Origin: Nitrospirota bacterium
Lineage (GTDB): Bacteria > Nitrospirota > UBA9217
Assembly: GCA_963840455.1 (NCBI GenBank)
Contig: CAWIYV010000011.1
Span: forward strand, 192,001-256,000
Reading direction: 5' to 3'
Length of the DNA: 64,000 nucleotides
Below, piece by piece: positions 18,694 to 30,295 of the stretch; the first letter of the stretch is position 1; each line of letters begins with the position of its first letter. Both the position numbers and the translations under genes were made by a program. Below the pieces are notes generated by a model that did not search any database, was not told the origin of the DNA, and saw only the letters and a list, made by a program, of their open reading frames with translations.

Positions 18694-19068
18694 TTAAAAC
18701 GTTCTCCGGTCCATCTCGAACGCGTTCCGGATGAGCTCCACCTTGTCTCCGTCCGCACCGCTGATCGCGACCACGTCGAAGCGGCAGGGCATCTGGTGGA
18801 GCTTCTTGTACTTCAGGTAGCCAAGCGCGGCCTTGATCATGCGTTCCTGCTTCCGCCGGTCCACTGCCAGCTCGGGCGCGCCATAGGCGTTGCTCGTCCT
18901 CGTCTTCACTTCCACGAACACCAGCGTGTCCCCATCGAGGGCGATCAGGTCGAGCTCCCCCTGGGGCGCCCTATAGTTGCGCTCCAGGATGGTGTATCCC
19001 CGGCCGGCAAGATGTTTCGCGGCACGATCTTCGCCAGACCGTCCCAGCAGTTTCCCGAGCAGGCTCAC
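18694..19068 (-). CDS. yraN: YraN family protein
   Basis: GE..AA..L, GELDLIA, FVEVKTR, CRFDVVAI. Confidence 0.93.
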   Translation of the reverse strand: MSLLGKLLGRSGEDRAAKHLAGRGYTILERNYRAPQGELDLIALDGDTLVFVEVKTRTSNAYGAPELAVDRRKQERMIKAALGYLKYKKLHQMPCRFDVVAISGADGDKVELIRNAFEMDRRTF

Positions 19069-19709
19069 CGGGACCCCGCCCGAAGCATTTCCGCGACAGG
19101 CTGGAAGCTTTTGCGGTGCGCATCGCAGGGACCGTGGAGCCGGATCATCTCCATGTGCTCCTTCGTTCCATAGCCTTTATGCTTCAGAAAATTATACTGG
19201 GGATATCGCTCGTGCAGATCCCGCATGAGGCGGTCGCGGGTCACTTTGGCAATGATCGATGCTGCTGAGATGGAATGGCTCCTGCAGTCGCCTTTGACAA
19301 CGGCCTGCTGGGAACAGCGTACGCGGGAAAGGCCGCAGTTGCCATCGATGAGAAGATGGTCCGGTGGCGGGGTGATGGCAGCGAGCGCCCGCTCCATGGC
19401 AAGGAGCGAGGCCTCGCGGATGTTGACCATATCGATGGTCCGCTCGTCCACGATGCCGATGCCGTAAGCGACTGCCGCACCAACAATAACGCCGAAGAGG
19501 CGTTCCCGCTCCTCTTCGGCGATCTGCTTTGAGTCGGTGACCCCGGGGATGATAAGGCCCTCAGGCAGGACAACGGCTGCAGCCACGACCGGACCGGCAA
19601 GCGGTCCGCGCCCGACCTCGTCCACTCCCGCGATGCGAACGGCTCCCCCTGCCCGTGCGCTTCGCTCATAGACCAACGGGTCGATGGGAATATCGAACAG
19701 ACCGTCCAT
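19065..19709 (-). CDS. rnhB: Ribonuclease HII (start uncertain)
   Basis: GVDEVGRGPLAGPV, DSK, SISAASIIAKVTRD, HKGYGT. Confidence 0.95.
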   Translation of the reverse strand: MDGLFDIPIDPLVYERSARAGGAVRIAGVDEVGRGPLAGPVVAAAVVLPEGLIIPGVTDSKQIAEEERERLFGVIVGAAVAYGIGIVDERTIDMVNIREASLLAMERALAAITPPPDHLLIDGNCGLSRVRCSQQAVVKGDCRSHSISAASIIAKVTRDRLMRDLHERYPQYNFLKHKGYGTKEHMEMIRLHGPCDAHRKSFQPVAEMLRAGSR

Positions 19710-19813
19710 TCCCGCCGGACGCGTCACCCGCGGACGGGATCCACCACGGGGCATAAGCACCTCGGACAATGAAAATGACGAACTCAAAATTCAATACAAC
19801 CTGCGTTTGAATC

Positions 19814-19932
19814 TTGAATCCATGAGCGAGCGCCAACCCCGTAGCTTGCTACAGGGTTAGCGAGCGATTAGAATATCGATAGCTTCCTTGAGGATCGAAG
19901 ATTCCCTGCAGCTTGCTGCGGAGAGCTTCAAT
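19814..19932 (-). repeat. Double-hairpin dispersed repeat, copy 5
   Basis: Match to consensus; embedded in a 7-bp TTGAAT(C/A) periodic tract. Confidence 0.92.
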
Positions 19933-19954
19933 GTTGAATATTGAATCTGTAGTA

Positions 19955-20353
19955 CTACTTCGCCTGCTCGGCGGATTGGTCGGCGCCGGCCACCACGGCA
20001 TAGGTGCGTTCCTTCTCCTTGATCCGGGCGGCCTTGCCGCGCAGTTCGCGGAGGAAGTACAGCTTGGCCCGGCGGACCTTGCCTTCCTTGGCCAGCTCGA
20101 TCTTGTCGATCATGGGCGAGTGGACCGGGAAGAGCCGCTCAACGCCGACACCGTACGAGAGCTTCCGCACCCGGACGGACTCGCGCGAGCCGGAGCCCTG
20201 GCGGCCGATCACCACGCCCTCGAAGATCTGGATCCTTTCCTTGTCGCCTTCCACTACCTTCGCATGGACCTTGACGGTGTCCCCCACGCGGAAGCTCGGG
20301 ATCCCCTGCTTCAGCTGGGGCTTCTCGATGGCATTAAGAATGGTGATGTTCAT
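19955..20353 (-). CDS. rplS: 50S ribosomal protein L19
   Basis: [29 protein letters not shown]. Confidence 0.98.
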   Translation of the reverse strand: MNITILNAIEKPQLKQGIPSFRVGDTVKVHAKVVEGDKERIQIFEGVVIGRQGSGSRESVRVRKLSYGVGVERLFPVHSPMIDKIELAKEGKVRRAKLYFLRELRGKAARIKEKERTYAVVAGADQSAEQAK

Positions 20354-20376
20354 GGTAAACCTCCTATAGCTTCGCT

Positions 20377-20461
20377 AATGGTAAAATGGGAAATTGTAAA
20401 GTTCAAATTGAAAATTTCACTGCTTTCCATTTACAATTTCCAATCTGCAATTTACAATTTT
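20377..20461. repeat. Inverted pair of 7-bp-period micro-repeats
   Basis: AATGGTAAAATGGGAAATTGTAAA ... TTTACAATTTCCAATCTGCAATTTACAATTT. Confidence 0.6.
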
Positions 20462-21207
20462 AAATTCTGTTTCAGCTCCTGCAGGATCTTCCGGTCCTCA
20501 TCGCTCAGGTCCGCGGTCTCCAGCAGGTCCGGCCGCTTGAGGAGCGTGGCCCGGAGGGATTCGCGCCGCCGCCACTTCATGATCGCGTCATGGTTCCCGG
20601 AGAGCAGGACCTCGGGCACCTGCATGCCCCGGAACTCTGCCGGCCGCGTATAATGCGGATGATCGAGGAGACCGTCGCCGAAGGAGTCCCGGTAGGCTGA
20701 CTCCTCGTCGCCCAGCACCCCGGGTACCAGCCGCGCTGCCGCGTCGATCACCACCAGCGCTGCAAGCTCGCCGCCGGTCAGCACGTAGTCCCCGACGGAA
20801 AGTTCTTCGTCCACCAGGGCGTCCTTCACCCGCTCGTCGATTGCCTCGTAGTGACCGCAGAGCAAAATGACCCTGCGCCGTTCCCGGGAGAGCCGCTCCG
20901 CGTACCGCTGGTCGAACAGCGTTCCCTGCGGCGAGAGCAGGACCGTGAAGAAGCTTTCGCCGGGGGACGCGGCCTTCACCGCATCAACAGCCCTGAAGAT
21001 AGGTTCCGGCTTCAGCACCATGCCCGCTTCGCCGCCATACGGGCTGTCATCCGCTTTCCGGTGTTTATCTTCCGTATAGTCCCGGACGTTCCAGGTCCGG
21101 ACGAAGAGAAGCCCCTTCTCCCGCCCGCGCTTCAAAATGCTTTCATTGAGCGGCCCGGCAAGGATCCCCGGAAACAGGGTGAGCACTTCGAAGTTCAGTG
21201 TTCCCAT
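20452..21207 (-). CDS. trmD: tRNA (guanine37-N1)-methyltransferase
   Basis: TLFP, DDSPYGG, CGHYE.IDERV, SVGDYVLTGGE, YTRP. Confidence 0.98.
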   Translation of the reverse strand: MGTLNFEVLTLFPGILAGPLNESILKRGREKGLLFVRTWNVRDYTEDKHRKADDSPYGGEAGMVLKPEPIFRAVDAVKAASPGESFFTVLLSPQGTLFDQRYAERLSRERRRVILLCGHYEAIDERVKDALVDEELSVGDYVLTGGELAALVVIDAAARLVPGVLGDEESAYRDSFGDGLLDHPHYTRPAEFRGMQVPEVLLSGNHDAIMKWRRRESLRATLLKRPDLLETADLSDEDRKILQELKQNLKL

Positions 21208-21238
21208 AGCTCAAGCCGGAAAACGGCAGCCGCATTTC

Positions 21239-21366
21239 GCCACGGAGTCACGGAGAGCACAGAGAAAACCACGAACATGAGATGATCACGGTTTAGTTGC
21301 TAATCTTCGCGTCATCAGCCGTTCTGCCCTTCACGTATTCCTCAGTGACCTCTGAGCCTCTGTGGC
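21239..21366. repeat. Inverted pair of 8-9-bp-period micro-repeats
   Basis: GCCACGGAGTCACGGAGAGCACAGAG ... CTCAGTGACCTCTGAGCCTCTGTGGC. Confidence 0.75.
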
Positions 21367-21380
21367 AGATGTTCCTGTTC

Positions 21381-21893
21381 TTAATCCAGCAGGCCTTCCA
21401 TCACGTGGATGACCATGCGCTTCGCCGCGCGGTCGATCTGCCGGATGACTTCCTTGGTCGCAGGCAGATAGACTTCCTTCCCGCCCGCCTTCATTACATA
21501 GACGTCGTTGCTGCCGGTCTCGAAGATGTCAACGATCGTGCCGAGCTTCTCACCGGTCTCGGAGAGGACCTCCATGCCGATGAGCTCGAACCAGTAATAC
21601 TGCCCCTCAGGCAAAGGGACCGTCTCTTCCTGGGGGACCTGCACCAGCCAGCCGTTCAGTTCCCGCGCTTTCTCCGGGCTGTCATACCCCTTGAGGAGGA
21701 GGACCGGGGTCCCGTCCATATACCTCACCGATCTGACCGCGCATGCCCTGCTCTCCCCGCGGGAAGAGGTCAGGTACACCCGGCGCAGTTCCGTGAACCG
21801 TTCCGGGTGGTCCGTCAGGGCCTCGATCTTGATCTCGCCCTTGACGCCATGGGTCTTCTGCACCCTGCCGATGGTGATGAGCATGACGTCCAC
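21381..21893 (-). CDS. rimM: Ribosome maturation factor RimM
   Basis: IGRVQKTHGVKGE, YYWFELIG, TGSNDVY. Confidence 0.96.
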   Translation of the reverse strand: MDVMLITIGRVQKTHGVKGEIKIEALTDHPERFTELRRVYLTSSRGESRACAVRSVRYMDGTPVLLLKGYDSPEKARELNGWLVQVPQEETVPLPEGQYYWFELIGMEVLSETGEKLGTIVDIFETGSNDVYVMKAGGKEVYLPATKEVIRQIDRAAKRMVIHVMEGLLD

Positions 21894-21952
21894 AGCTTGC
21901 AAACTTGTCAGCGGCTCGACTGAGCTCGCCGAAGTCCTGCAGGCTTGACAGC

Positions 21953-22213
21953 TTACTTCGCGGCGAACTGCTTCATGATCCCGACCTTGGAAAGCAGGGA
22001 CCTGACCGTATCGGTGGGTACAGCACCCTTCTTGAGCCAGTCGAGGGCCTTTCCCTCGTCAACCTTCACCGGGGCGTCCTTCTTGACCGGATCGTAGGTC
22101 CCGATCTCCTCGATGAAGCGTCCGTCGCGCGGCGAACGGGAATCAGCGACGATCACCCGGTAGAACGGTTTCTTGTGGGTGCCTATCCTCTTGAGCCTTA
22201 TCTTTACTGCCAT
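21953..22213 (-). CDS. rpsP: 30S ribosomal protein S16
   Basis: MAVKIRL.R.G...[16 protein letters not shown]. Confidence 0.98.
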   Translation of the reverse strand: MAVKIRLKRIGTHKKPFYRVIVADSRSPRDGRFIEEIGTYDPVKKDAPVKVDEGKALDWLKKGAVPTDTVRSLLSKVGIMKQFAAK

Positions 22214-22233
22214 GTCTTCACCTCTTTCTGTTG

Positions 22234-22353
22234 ATTGAAGCCCCCTGCAGCAAGCTGCAGGGGACCTTTGATCCTCAAGGTAGTACTATTTATTCTAATC
22301 GCTCGCTAGCCCCGCAGCAAGCTACGGGGAATGCGCTCGCTCCTGGATTCAAT
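22234..22353 (+). repeat. Double-hairpin dispersed repeat, copy 6 (complete, ATTGAA...TTCAAT ends)
   Basis: Match to consensus. Confidence 0.95.
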
Positions 22354-22455
22354 TCCACTCTATCTGAGAAACTTGACCGCCTATGCCACGATTCAGATAT
22401 CTCAATTCTTATTCGTGAAACTCATCCATTCGTGTTATTCGCGTTCTGCTTTGCC

Positions 22456-23790
<1,335 letters not shown>

Positions 23791-23946
23791 GGGATTCCCG
23801 GGAACGGCAAAGAATAAGAATAATAAGAGATAAGTCCATTATTGTCAAGGATTTTCTCGCCTGAATAGACCATTTTCCAGCCCATGGATCCGACCCGGCA
23901 GTCTCGCTGCTACCGTCGCGGCGCACACAGTTAGTTTCGAAATTCA

Positions 23947-23975
23947 TTGACTATATCTCAATCGACAATTATAAT
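23947..23975 (+). promoter_or_regulatory. Sigma70 promoter
   Basis: TTGACT-N17-TATAAT. Confidence 0.75.
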
Positions 23976-24096
23976 AAAAGCTCACAATTGTAATTTGCCA
24001 TATGGCAGCTCTCTGGAACCTGCTGATTTTTCTTCATTCAGAGTTAATGTCTAAATCTGCCTTTTCCAAGGCACAGACTAAAAAGGAGGAGATACC

Positions 24097-25509
24097 ATGT
24101 TGCGAAAATGCATCAGCCTTTCCCTTGCAACGGTCCTGACATCCGGCATCCTTATCGCCGGCCAGGCCGGAGCGCAGGAAAAGGCCGCAGCACCGGCAGC
24201 TCCGCAGGCGAAGCCCACCGTGGCCAAGGTCTGCGCGAACTGTCACCAGCCGCAGCCCGGGAACCTTCGGGCAAATTTCGACAGCGTAGCCTACAAGACC
24301 AGGTCGATCCAGGTCAAGATCGACGAGGCGACCGAGATCCTGCGGTTCGATGATAAGCTCCAGCTCGTGAACATCCAGGCCCCCGCCGACGCACCGGACC
24401 AGCCGCTCCGGGCGCTCAAGAAGGGCAAGGAGGTCCGGATCGAGTATACCGAGAAGGACGGCAAGAAGTTCATGACCCTTATCTCGGCCAAGCCGCCCAT
24501 CAAGATCGCGCCCGAGAAGATGGTCAAGACCGAGGACGTTGAGAAGCTCGTTGCGCTGGGTCCGGAAAAGGGCAAGTATATGCTTATCGATGCCCGGCCG
24601 CTTCCGCGGTTCCAGGAAGGCTTCATTCCCACGGCGGTGAACATCCCCTTCCCGGCCTTCGAGAAGATGAAGGACAAGCTCCCGGCGGACAAGGCGACGC
24701 TCATCGTCTATTACTGCGCCGGGGTCACCTGAGCGATGAGCCCTGACTCTGCCCGGCGGGCAGAGAACCTTGGTTACACCAATGTGAAGGTCTACCACGA
24801 CGGCGTGCCGGAGTGGGTGAAGCGGAACTATCTCGTACTGTCAACGCAGTTCCTGAAGGATGCATGGATCGAGAAGGACATCCCGCATGTGCTCGTGGAC
24901 GTGCGGCCCGCAGCGGAAGCTGAAAAGGGATTCATCAAGGGCGCGGTCACGGTCCCCGTCGTAGAGATCGAGAAGGCCATCGCCAAGTTCCCGCCCAAGG
25001 ACAAGAAGGCGCCCATCATGATCTACGATCAGAAGGGCGGCGATGACGCGGTCAAGGCGGCGAAGGCGCTCATCACGGCGGGCTATGCGCCGGTGGACAT
25101 CGTATCAGGCGGGTTCGACGGCTGGAAGGCTGCGGGCTTCCCGGTCCAGACGGGCAAGCTCGCGACGAACATCGTGTACGTGCCCAAGCCGCGGCCCGGC
25201 GAGATCTCCATCGAGGACTTCACGAAGATCGCCATGAATACGCCTGCGGACACCCTGATCCTCGATGTACGCAACCGCGACGAGGGCAATGCCGGCATGA
25301 TCAAGGGCGCGAAGCTCGTGCCCGACGAGGAGATCCTCGACCGGTTTGCCGAGGTCCCGAAGGACAAGAAGATCGTGACCCATTGCTCCACAGGCGTGCG
25401 TGCCGAGATGGCCTACCACAAGCTGAAGGAGAAGGGCTACAACGTCCAGTTCCTGAACGCCAAGGTGGAGATCAACGACAAGGGCGAGTTCAAGCTCGAG
25501 AAGCCCTGA
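24097..25509 (+). CDS. Exported monoheme cytochrome c / triple-rhodanese selenoprotein, 470 aa, UGA at 24730-24732
   Basis: Signal peptide, CANCH, YYCAGVT-UGA-AMSPDSA joins two in-frame ORFs; SECIS-like hairpin 24747-24765; third domain has HCSTGVRA. Confidence 0.88.
24747..24765 (+). promoter_or_regulatory. Bacterial SECIS-like hairpin
   Basis: CTCTGCCC-GGC-GGGCAGAG, 14 nt after the UGA. Confidence 0.8.
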
Positions 25510-25516
25510 TGTGCCG

Positions 25517-25569
25517 TTGAAGCTCCCTGCAGCAAACTGCGGGGAAATGCGCTCGCTCCTGAATTCAAT
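25517..25569 (+). repeat. Internally deleted dispersed repeat, copy 7
   Basis: Left end plus a hybrid hairpin plus the right end; middle ~65 bp missing. Confidence 0.88.
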
Positions 25570-25577
25570 ACCATTGC

Positions 25578-25613
25578 AAAAGCCCCGGGGAAGAACCTCC
25601 GGGGCTTTTTTTT
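25578..25613 (+). terminator. Rho-independent terminator, probably bidirectional
   Basis: AAAAGCCCCGG...CCGGGGCTTTTTTTT between convergent genes. Confidence 0.85.
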
Positions 25614-25640
25614 CAGCGCGCTGAACGTCGCCAGACCCGG

Positions 25641-26495
25641 TCAGGGCGCGCCGGGGAAACGCCGTTTTTCCAGAAGCAATACCATGCGGTCCAGGTGGAC
25701 CTTCTCCTCAGCTGCAAGGACCTGGAATACCCGCTTCGCGCTTTCCCCTGCCAGCTCCCGCTCCATTCTGATGTAGAGATCAAATGCGTGCGACTCCAGC
25801 GCTATGGACAGGTCCAGGACGTCGTTCACATCCTTGCCCTTCACCCATTCGAGGGCCTTCGTCACCGACATGCCTCCCTCCATCACCTCTCCCGGGACAG
25901 TACCCAAAAAGAACGCCTCCGGGATCGCCGTAGCAGCCGTGTCGCCGGTCGCCTCGCGATATACTCCGACCAGGGCCGCCTTGTGATGGTCCTCGGCACG
26001 CACTAGTCCGTCGAAGAGGCCGACGGCTTCGCGGTCCTCAAGTGCTGACGCCATGCTGTGGTAGAACCGTCGCGATCCTTCCTCCAGCGACCACGCGAGG
26101 GCGATCAGCTCTTCGGGCTTTTCCCTGCCGGAGAACAGGACCATGCCTGCCTCGGGCGGACCGTCGACAACGAGGCCGCGCCAGGCCTGGATCCCGCCCT
26201 CCATGCTGAACACGTTCGTGAAACCGGCGTCGAGCAGGATGCTCGCTGCAGCCCGGCTTCGGTTCCCGGAACGGCAATAGAGCACGGTCGGCCGGGAACG
26301 GTCGAGCTCCCGCTCGCGCTCATACAGATCTCCCAGCGGGACGAGCGCCGCGCCGGGGATATGTCCCTGGCCGTATTCGCCCGGCTGACGTACATCGATG
26401 AGATTATACGCGCCCGGGTCTCTCTCCCTGAGCAGGTCCTTCACCTGCCGGGCGGTCATGGCAGGTATGGGTTTGAACGGGCCGGTGGGGATCAT
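25641..26495 (-). CDS. Rhodanese domain + rubrerythrin/ferritin-like domain protein
   Basis: DVRQPGEY..GHIPGA, YCRSGNRS; EE...FY, E..H motifs twice. Confidence 0.85.
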   Translation of the reverse strand: MIPTGPFKPIPAMTARQVKDLLRERDPGAYNLIDVRQPGEYGQGHIPGAALVPLGDLYERERELDRSRPTVLYCRSGNRSRAAASILLDAGFTNVFSMEGGIQAWRGLVVDGPPEAGMVLFSGREKPEELIALAWSLEEGSRRFYHSMASALEDREAVGLFDGLVRAEDHHKAALVGVYREATGDTAATAIPEAFFLGTVPGEVMEGGMSVTKALEWVKGKDVNDVLDLSIALESHAFDLYIRMERELAGESAKRVFQVLAAEEKVHLDRMVLLLEKRRFPGAP

Positions 26496-26822
26496 GATCG
26501 CATCGTAGGACGCCAGACATCGGCAAGCCGGGTCTGCGTTCCTCCTCCCTTTGACTCCAGCACATACCGAAAAAGCTCCCGGCACATCTGGAGGCGTTCA
26601 GAAGATCTTCCGCTCCGATTCGTTGAGCTTCTCGGTCCGTGGCTTGAGTGCCTCGCACGGGGGCACACCACGGTCAGAGACTGCGTATCCGCTGTCCTGC
26701 CGGAGATGTCGTTGAACTCGTTCAGCCAGTCAGGGGCCAATGTCCGAATGAGGAGAAAAGCAGTTTGTCGCTGCGATCTGTGCGCCGTCAGCGTCTGCGG
26801 TCAGCTCGCGGAAGCGGCCCGG

Positions 26823-27830
26823 CTACAGAGGGAAATGGCATGCGACCTGGTGTCCGCCTGCGATCTCGTGAAGCCGGGGTTCCGTGGCGGGGCTGGTGCA
26901 GACTTCGGGCCTGCCCTGGGACTCATAGACCGGGCAGCGCGGCGCGAACCGGCAGCCCTCGAGCGGCCGCTCGAAGTCGAACACTCCCCACCGACCTACT
27001 CGGACGCTTCTGGCTTTGCTGCCTGCCTCCCTGCTCTGCTTCTCGACCAGTGATGACCACAGGATATGCGTGTACGGGTGGCTTGCCTTGTGCGCGATGC
27101 GACCGGACAGCCCCATCTCCACGATCTTGCCCAGGTACATGACCGCCACCTTGTGGCTCATGAGCTCAACGACCCGAAGATCGTGGGAAATGAAAAGGTA
27201 GGATAGCCCAAGCTGCTTCTGGAGGTCCCGGAGCAGATTCACGACCTGCGCCTGGATCGAGACATCCAGCGCGCTGGTCGGCTCGTCCGCAACAAGGAAC
27301 TGCGCGCCCACGGACAGCACACGCGCTACACCTACCCGCCGCTTCTCGCCTCCCGACAGTTCATGGGGGAAGTTCGAGAGCTTGCTCTTCTTGAGATTGA
27401 CCTGGTCCAGGAGCTCACCAATGCGCTTCTCCACCTCCGCGTCGGTCATCTCGTGGTGGACCGTGATCGCCTCGTTCAGGATCTCGCGGATGCGCATTTT
27501 CGGGTTCAGCGCCGCGTCGAGGTCCTGGAAGATCATCTGCATCTTTCCCCGGAGCTGCCGAAGCTCGTTGGTCGAGGCCGCGGTGATGTCCTTCCTGTCG
27601 AAGATGATCCTGCCCGACGTCGGCTTCTCGAGCCGCAGGATGGTCCGGCCGATGGTCGTCTTGCCGCAGCCCGACTCTCCCACGAACCCGACGGTCTCGT
27701 TCTCCTTGAGGTAGAAGCTCACCCCGTCCACCGCAGGGATGGACCGGTGCTGCTCCCCGAAGGAGAACAGCCCCTTCGGTTGGGCGAAGTGCTTCTTCAG
27801 GTCGATGACTTCGAGGATGGTCTTGGACAT
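26823..27830 (-). CDS. Oligopeptide-type ABC transporter ATP-binding protein (OppF/DppF-like)
   Basis: GESGCGKT, LSGGE, DEPTSALD, HPYT, C-terminal Cys cluster. Confidence 0.93.
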   Translation of the reverse strand: MSKTILEVIDLKKHFAQPKGLFSFGEQHRSIPAVDGVSFYLKENETVGFVGESGCGKTTIGRTILRLEKPTSGRIIFDRKDITAASTNELRQLRGKMQMIFQDLDAALNPKMRIREILNEAITVHHEMTDAEVEKRIGELLDQVNLKKSKLSNFPHELSGGEKRRVGVARVLSVGAQFLVADEPTSALDVSIQAQVVNLLRDLQKQLGLSYLFISHDLRVVELMSHKVAVMYLGKIVEMGLSGRIAHKASHPYTHILWSSLVEKQSREAGSKARSVRVGRWGVFDFERPLEGCRFAPRCPVYESQGRPEVCTSPATEPRLHEIAGGHQVACHFPL

Positions 27831-27845
27831 AATTTCCTTATTTCT

Positions 27846-28011
27846 GCCACAGAGGCGCAGAGACACAGGGAAGAACACGCCACTTGAACCGCCAAGGCCG
27901 CAAAGGTCATTATTGATTCTTATGTCGGACCTGCAAACCTTGCTTCGCGTCCTTCGCGTCTTAGCGGTAAAATAAATTTGCCTTTCCCTGTGTTCTTTGT
28001 GTCTCTGTGGC
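27846..28011. repeat. Nested inverted periodic micro-repeat pairs
   Basis: Outer GCCACAGAGGCGCAGAGACACAGGG/CCCTGTGTTCTTTGTGTCTCTGTGGC encloses inner ACCGCCAAGGCCGCAAAGG/CTTCGCGTCCTTCGCGTCTTAGCGGT. Confidence 0.75.
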
Positions 28012-28019
28012 GAATATCC

Positions 28020-29120
28020 TTAATCAAAATACAACCAGCACCGCGCCTTGTGCCCCGGCCCGATCTCGCGAAGGTCCGGCTCCTGACGCTCACATCTCTC
28101 CCGTATCTTGTCCGTCACTCTGTTGCACCGGCCGTAGAACCGGCACCCCGCCGGGATGTTGATGGTATCGAGCACATCTCCTTCGATGGCCTGGAGATGA
28201 CCCTTCCCCTTGATGTTCTCGGCGCTCGGGATGGACATGAGCAGCGCCGACGTGTAGGGATGTTTCCTGTCCTCACCCTTCGCGAGGATGTCCCTGGCCG
28301 GGCCGGTCTCGACCACGGTGCCGCCGTACATCACGGCGACCATGTCCGACAGCCGGGAGATGATGCTGATATCGTGGCTGATCAGCATGGTCGCGATGCC
28401 GAGCTCGGCCTTCAGCTCCGCCAGCAGGTCCGCGATCTTGGACTGAATGGTCGCGTCGAGGCCCGTTGTCGGCTCGTCGGCGATCAGGAGCGACGGCTCG
28501 CAGGACAGCGCCATGGCGATCATGGCCCGTTGGCACATGCCGCCCGACAGGCCGTATGGATAGTTATCGAACCGGAGCCGAGGGCTGTCGATCTTCACCC
28601 GGTCGAGCCATGATAGGGCGCGCTCCTTTGCCGCCGGTTCCTCTTTGATGGACGTATGGAGCTGGATGGCCTCGGTGATCTGCCTGCCCACGGTCATGAA
28701 AGGGTTCAGGGACTGCTTGGGGTTCTGGAAGATCATCGAGATCTCCTTGCCCCGGACCTTGGCCATGCGCCGCTCGGAAAGCTCCTGCCAGCCCTCCTCG
28801 TCCTTCTGCACGCCCATGATCCTGCCGTCCTCCCTCGTGAGCGTCACATAATCATCGAGGTCCTGCAGGATGTTCTTCTGAACGCGGTCGGACTTGAACC
28901 CGATCTTGCCGGTAATGATGCCCGGGCCCGCAGCGACCAAACCCATGATCGAGAGCGCCGTGATGCTCTTACCGCTGCCGCTCTCTCCCACCACGCCGAG
29001 CGTCTCGCCCTTTGTTATCTTGAGGCTCACACCGTCAACAGAGCGAATGAAGGCCTGCTTGCTCTTCGAGTAGAAGTAGGTCCGAAGGTCCTCTATTTTG
29101 AGGATCGGCGCCTTCATCAC
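28020..29120 (-). CDS. Oligopeptide-type ABC transporter ATP-binding protein (OppD/DppD-like)
   Basis: [25 protein letters not shown]. Confidence 0.93.
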   Translation of the reverse strand: MMKAPILKIEDLRTYFYSKSKQAFIRSVDGVSLKITKGETLGVVGESGSGKSITALSIMGLVAAGPGIITGKIGFKSDRVQKNILQDLDDYVTLTREDGRIMGVQKDEEGWQELSERRMAKVRGKEISMIFQNPKQSLNPFMTVGRQITEAIQLHTSIKEEPAAKERALSWLDRVKIDSPRLRFDNYPYGLSGGMCQRAMIAMALSCEPSLLIADEPTTGLDATIQSKIADLLAELKAELGIATMLISHDISIISRLSDMVAVMYGGTVVETGPARDILAKGEDRKHPYTSALLMSIPSAENIKGKGHLQAIEGDVLDTINIPAGCRFYGRCNRVTDKIRERCERQEPDLREIGPGHKARCWLYFD

Positions 29121-30010
29121 TTGCTCCTCTTGCCTTCGAGAATGTTATTCAACCCGTCGCCAAGGAGGTGGAACCCGAGGATCGTGAAAAGGATGGCGAG
29201 GGACGGAGCAGTGGACGGCCAGAACTGCCCTTTCATGAAGTAGTTCGCCCCTGCCTGGACCATGTTGCCCCATGACGGGATCGGCTCCTGTACGCCGAAG
29301 CCGAGGTAGGAGAGCGATGTTTCCATCAGAATGGCCTCGCCCATGCCGAGCGTCGCCTGGATGATCAGGATGGAGCGGCAGTTGTGCCAGAGAATGTGCT
29401 TCAGGATGATGGTTCTCGTAGGAAGGCCGAGCGCGATGTCCGCCTCGATGAAATTCTTCTGCTTCAGGAACAGGACCTTCCCCTTGATGTGCGATGCGAC
29501 CGCAGGCACGTTCGTGATGCCCACGACCAGCATGATGTAGTAGATGTCCGGCTTGAACGCAGCGATCACGAGCAGGATAAGCACGAGCCGCGGGAAGGAA
29601 TCGACGAGATTGGTGAAATAGGTGATACCCATGTCCCATTTGCCGCCGCGATACCCGGCCAGCACGCCGAGCACTGTGCCGAAGAAGAGCGCGATGAAGA
29701 TCGCGAGCAATCCCGGCAGGAAGTAGGCCTGGATGCTCACGATAAGGCGCGAGAACATGTCCCGGCCCATGAAGTCCGTGCCGAGGAGATGCCCTGTCGT
29801 CAGCGGCGGCGCCATCATGAGCTCCAGGTCAATGTCCTGGGGGTCGCGCGGCAGGAGGTTGAAGGCGCCAAGGAGATAGGACACCACCACGAGCGTCACG
29901 ATCAGCAGGCCGTAGCCCACGTACGCGATGTCGATGGCGTTCGGCTTCTTCCAGAACGGCAGGTCCGAGAACTCGCCGATCTCACCGGATTGTTGGGTGT
30001 AGGATTTCAT
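29117..30010 (-). CDS. ABC transporter permease (OppC/DppC-like)
   Basis: HLLGTDFMGRD, LSYLGFG, PSWG, LGDGL. Confidence 0.93.
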   Translation of the reverse strand: MKSYTQQSGEIGEFSDLPFWKKPNAIDIAYVGYGLLIVTLVVVSYLLGAFNLLPRDPQDIDLELMMAPPLTTGHLLGTDFMGRDMFSRLIVSIQAYFLPGLLAIFIALFFGTVLGVLAGYRGGKWDMGITYFTNLVDSFPRLVLILLVIAAFKPDIYYIMLVVGITNVPAVASHIKGKVLFLKQKNFIEADIALGLPTRTIILKHILWHNCRSILIIQATLGMGEAILMETSLSYLGFGVQEPIPSWGNMVQAGANYFMKGQFWPSTAPSLAILFTILGFHLLGDGLNNILEGKRSK

Positions 30011-30295
30011 TCGAAATAACGTTCAACGCTTATTGTCGTTTTGTCTGTTTACGAAGCAACCGGAAATATATGGATTTTCAGGAGCCCTTTCGCTTTCAGG
30101 CTGAAACCGACGGGGGCTCGAACAAAGCATCATGGAGCAGCGGTCCCCGGATAGGTACAAATGGGACAGGCGTCCAGAGCATGCGACGAAGACGCGAACA
30201 GCGCTGTTTCCAAAGAATACAATCCCGCTATCCATGATATCGCTGTTTATTGGATCAAGAACGTATTCATAGTGTATCCTTTATATTTCCGGCCC

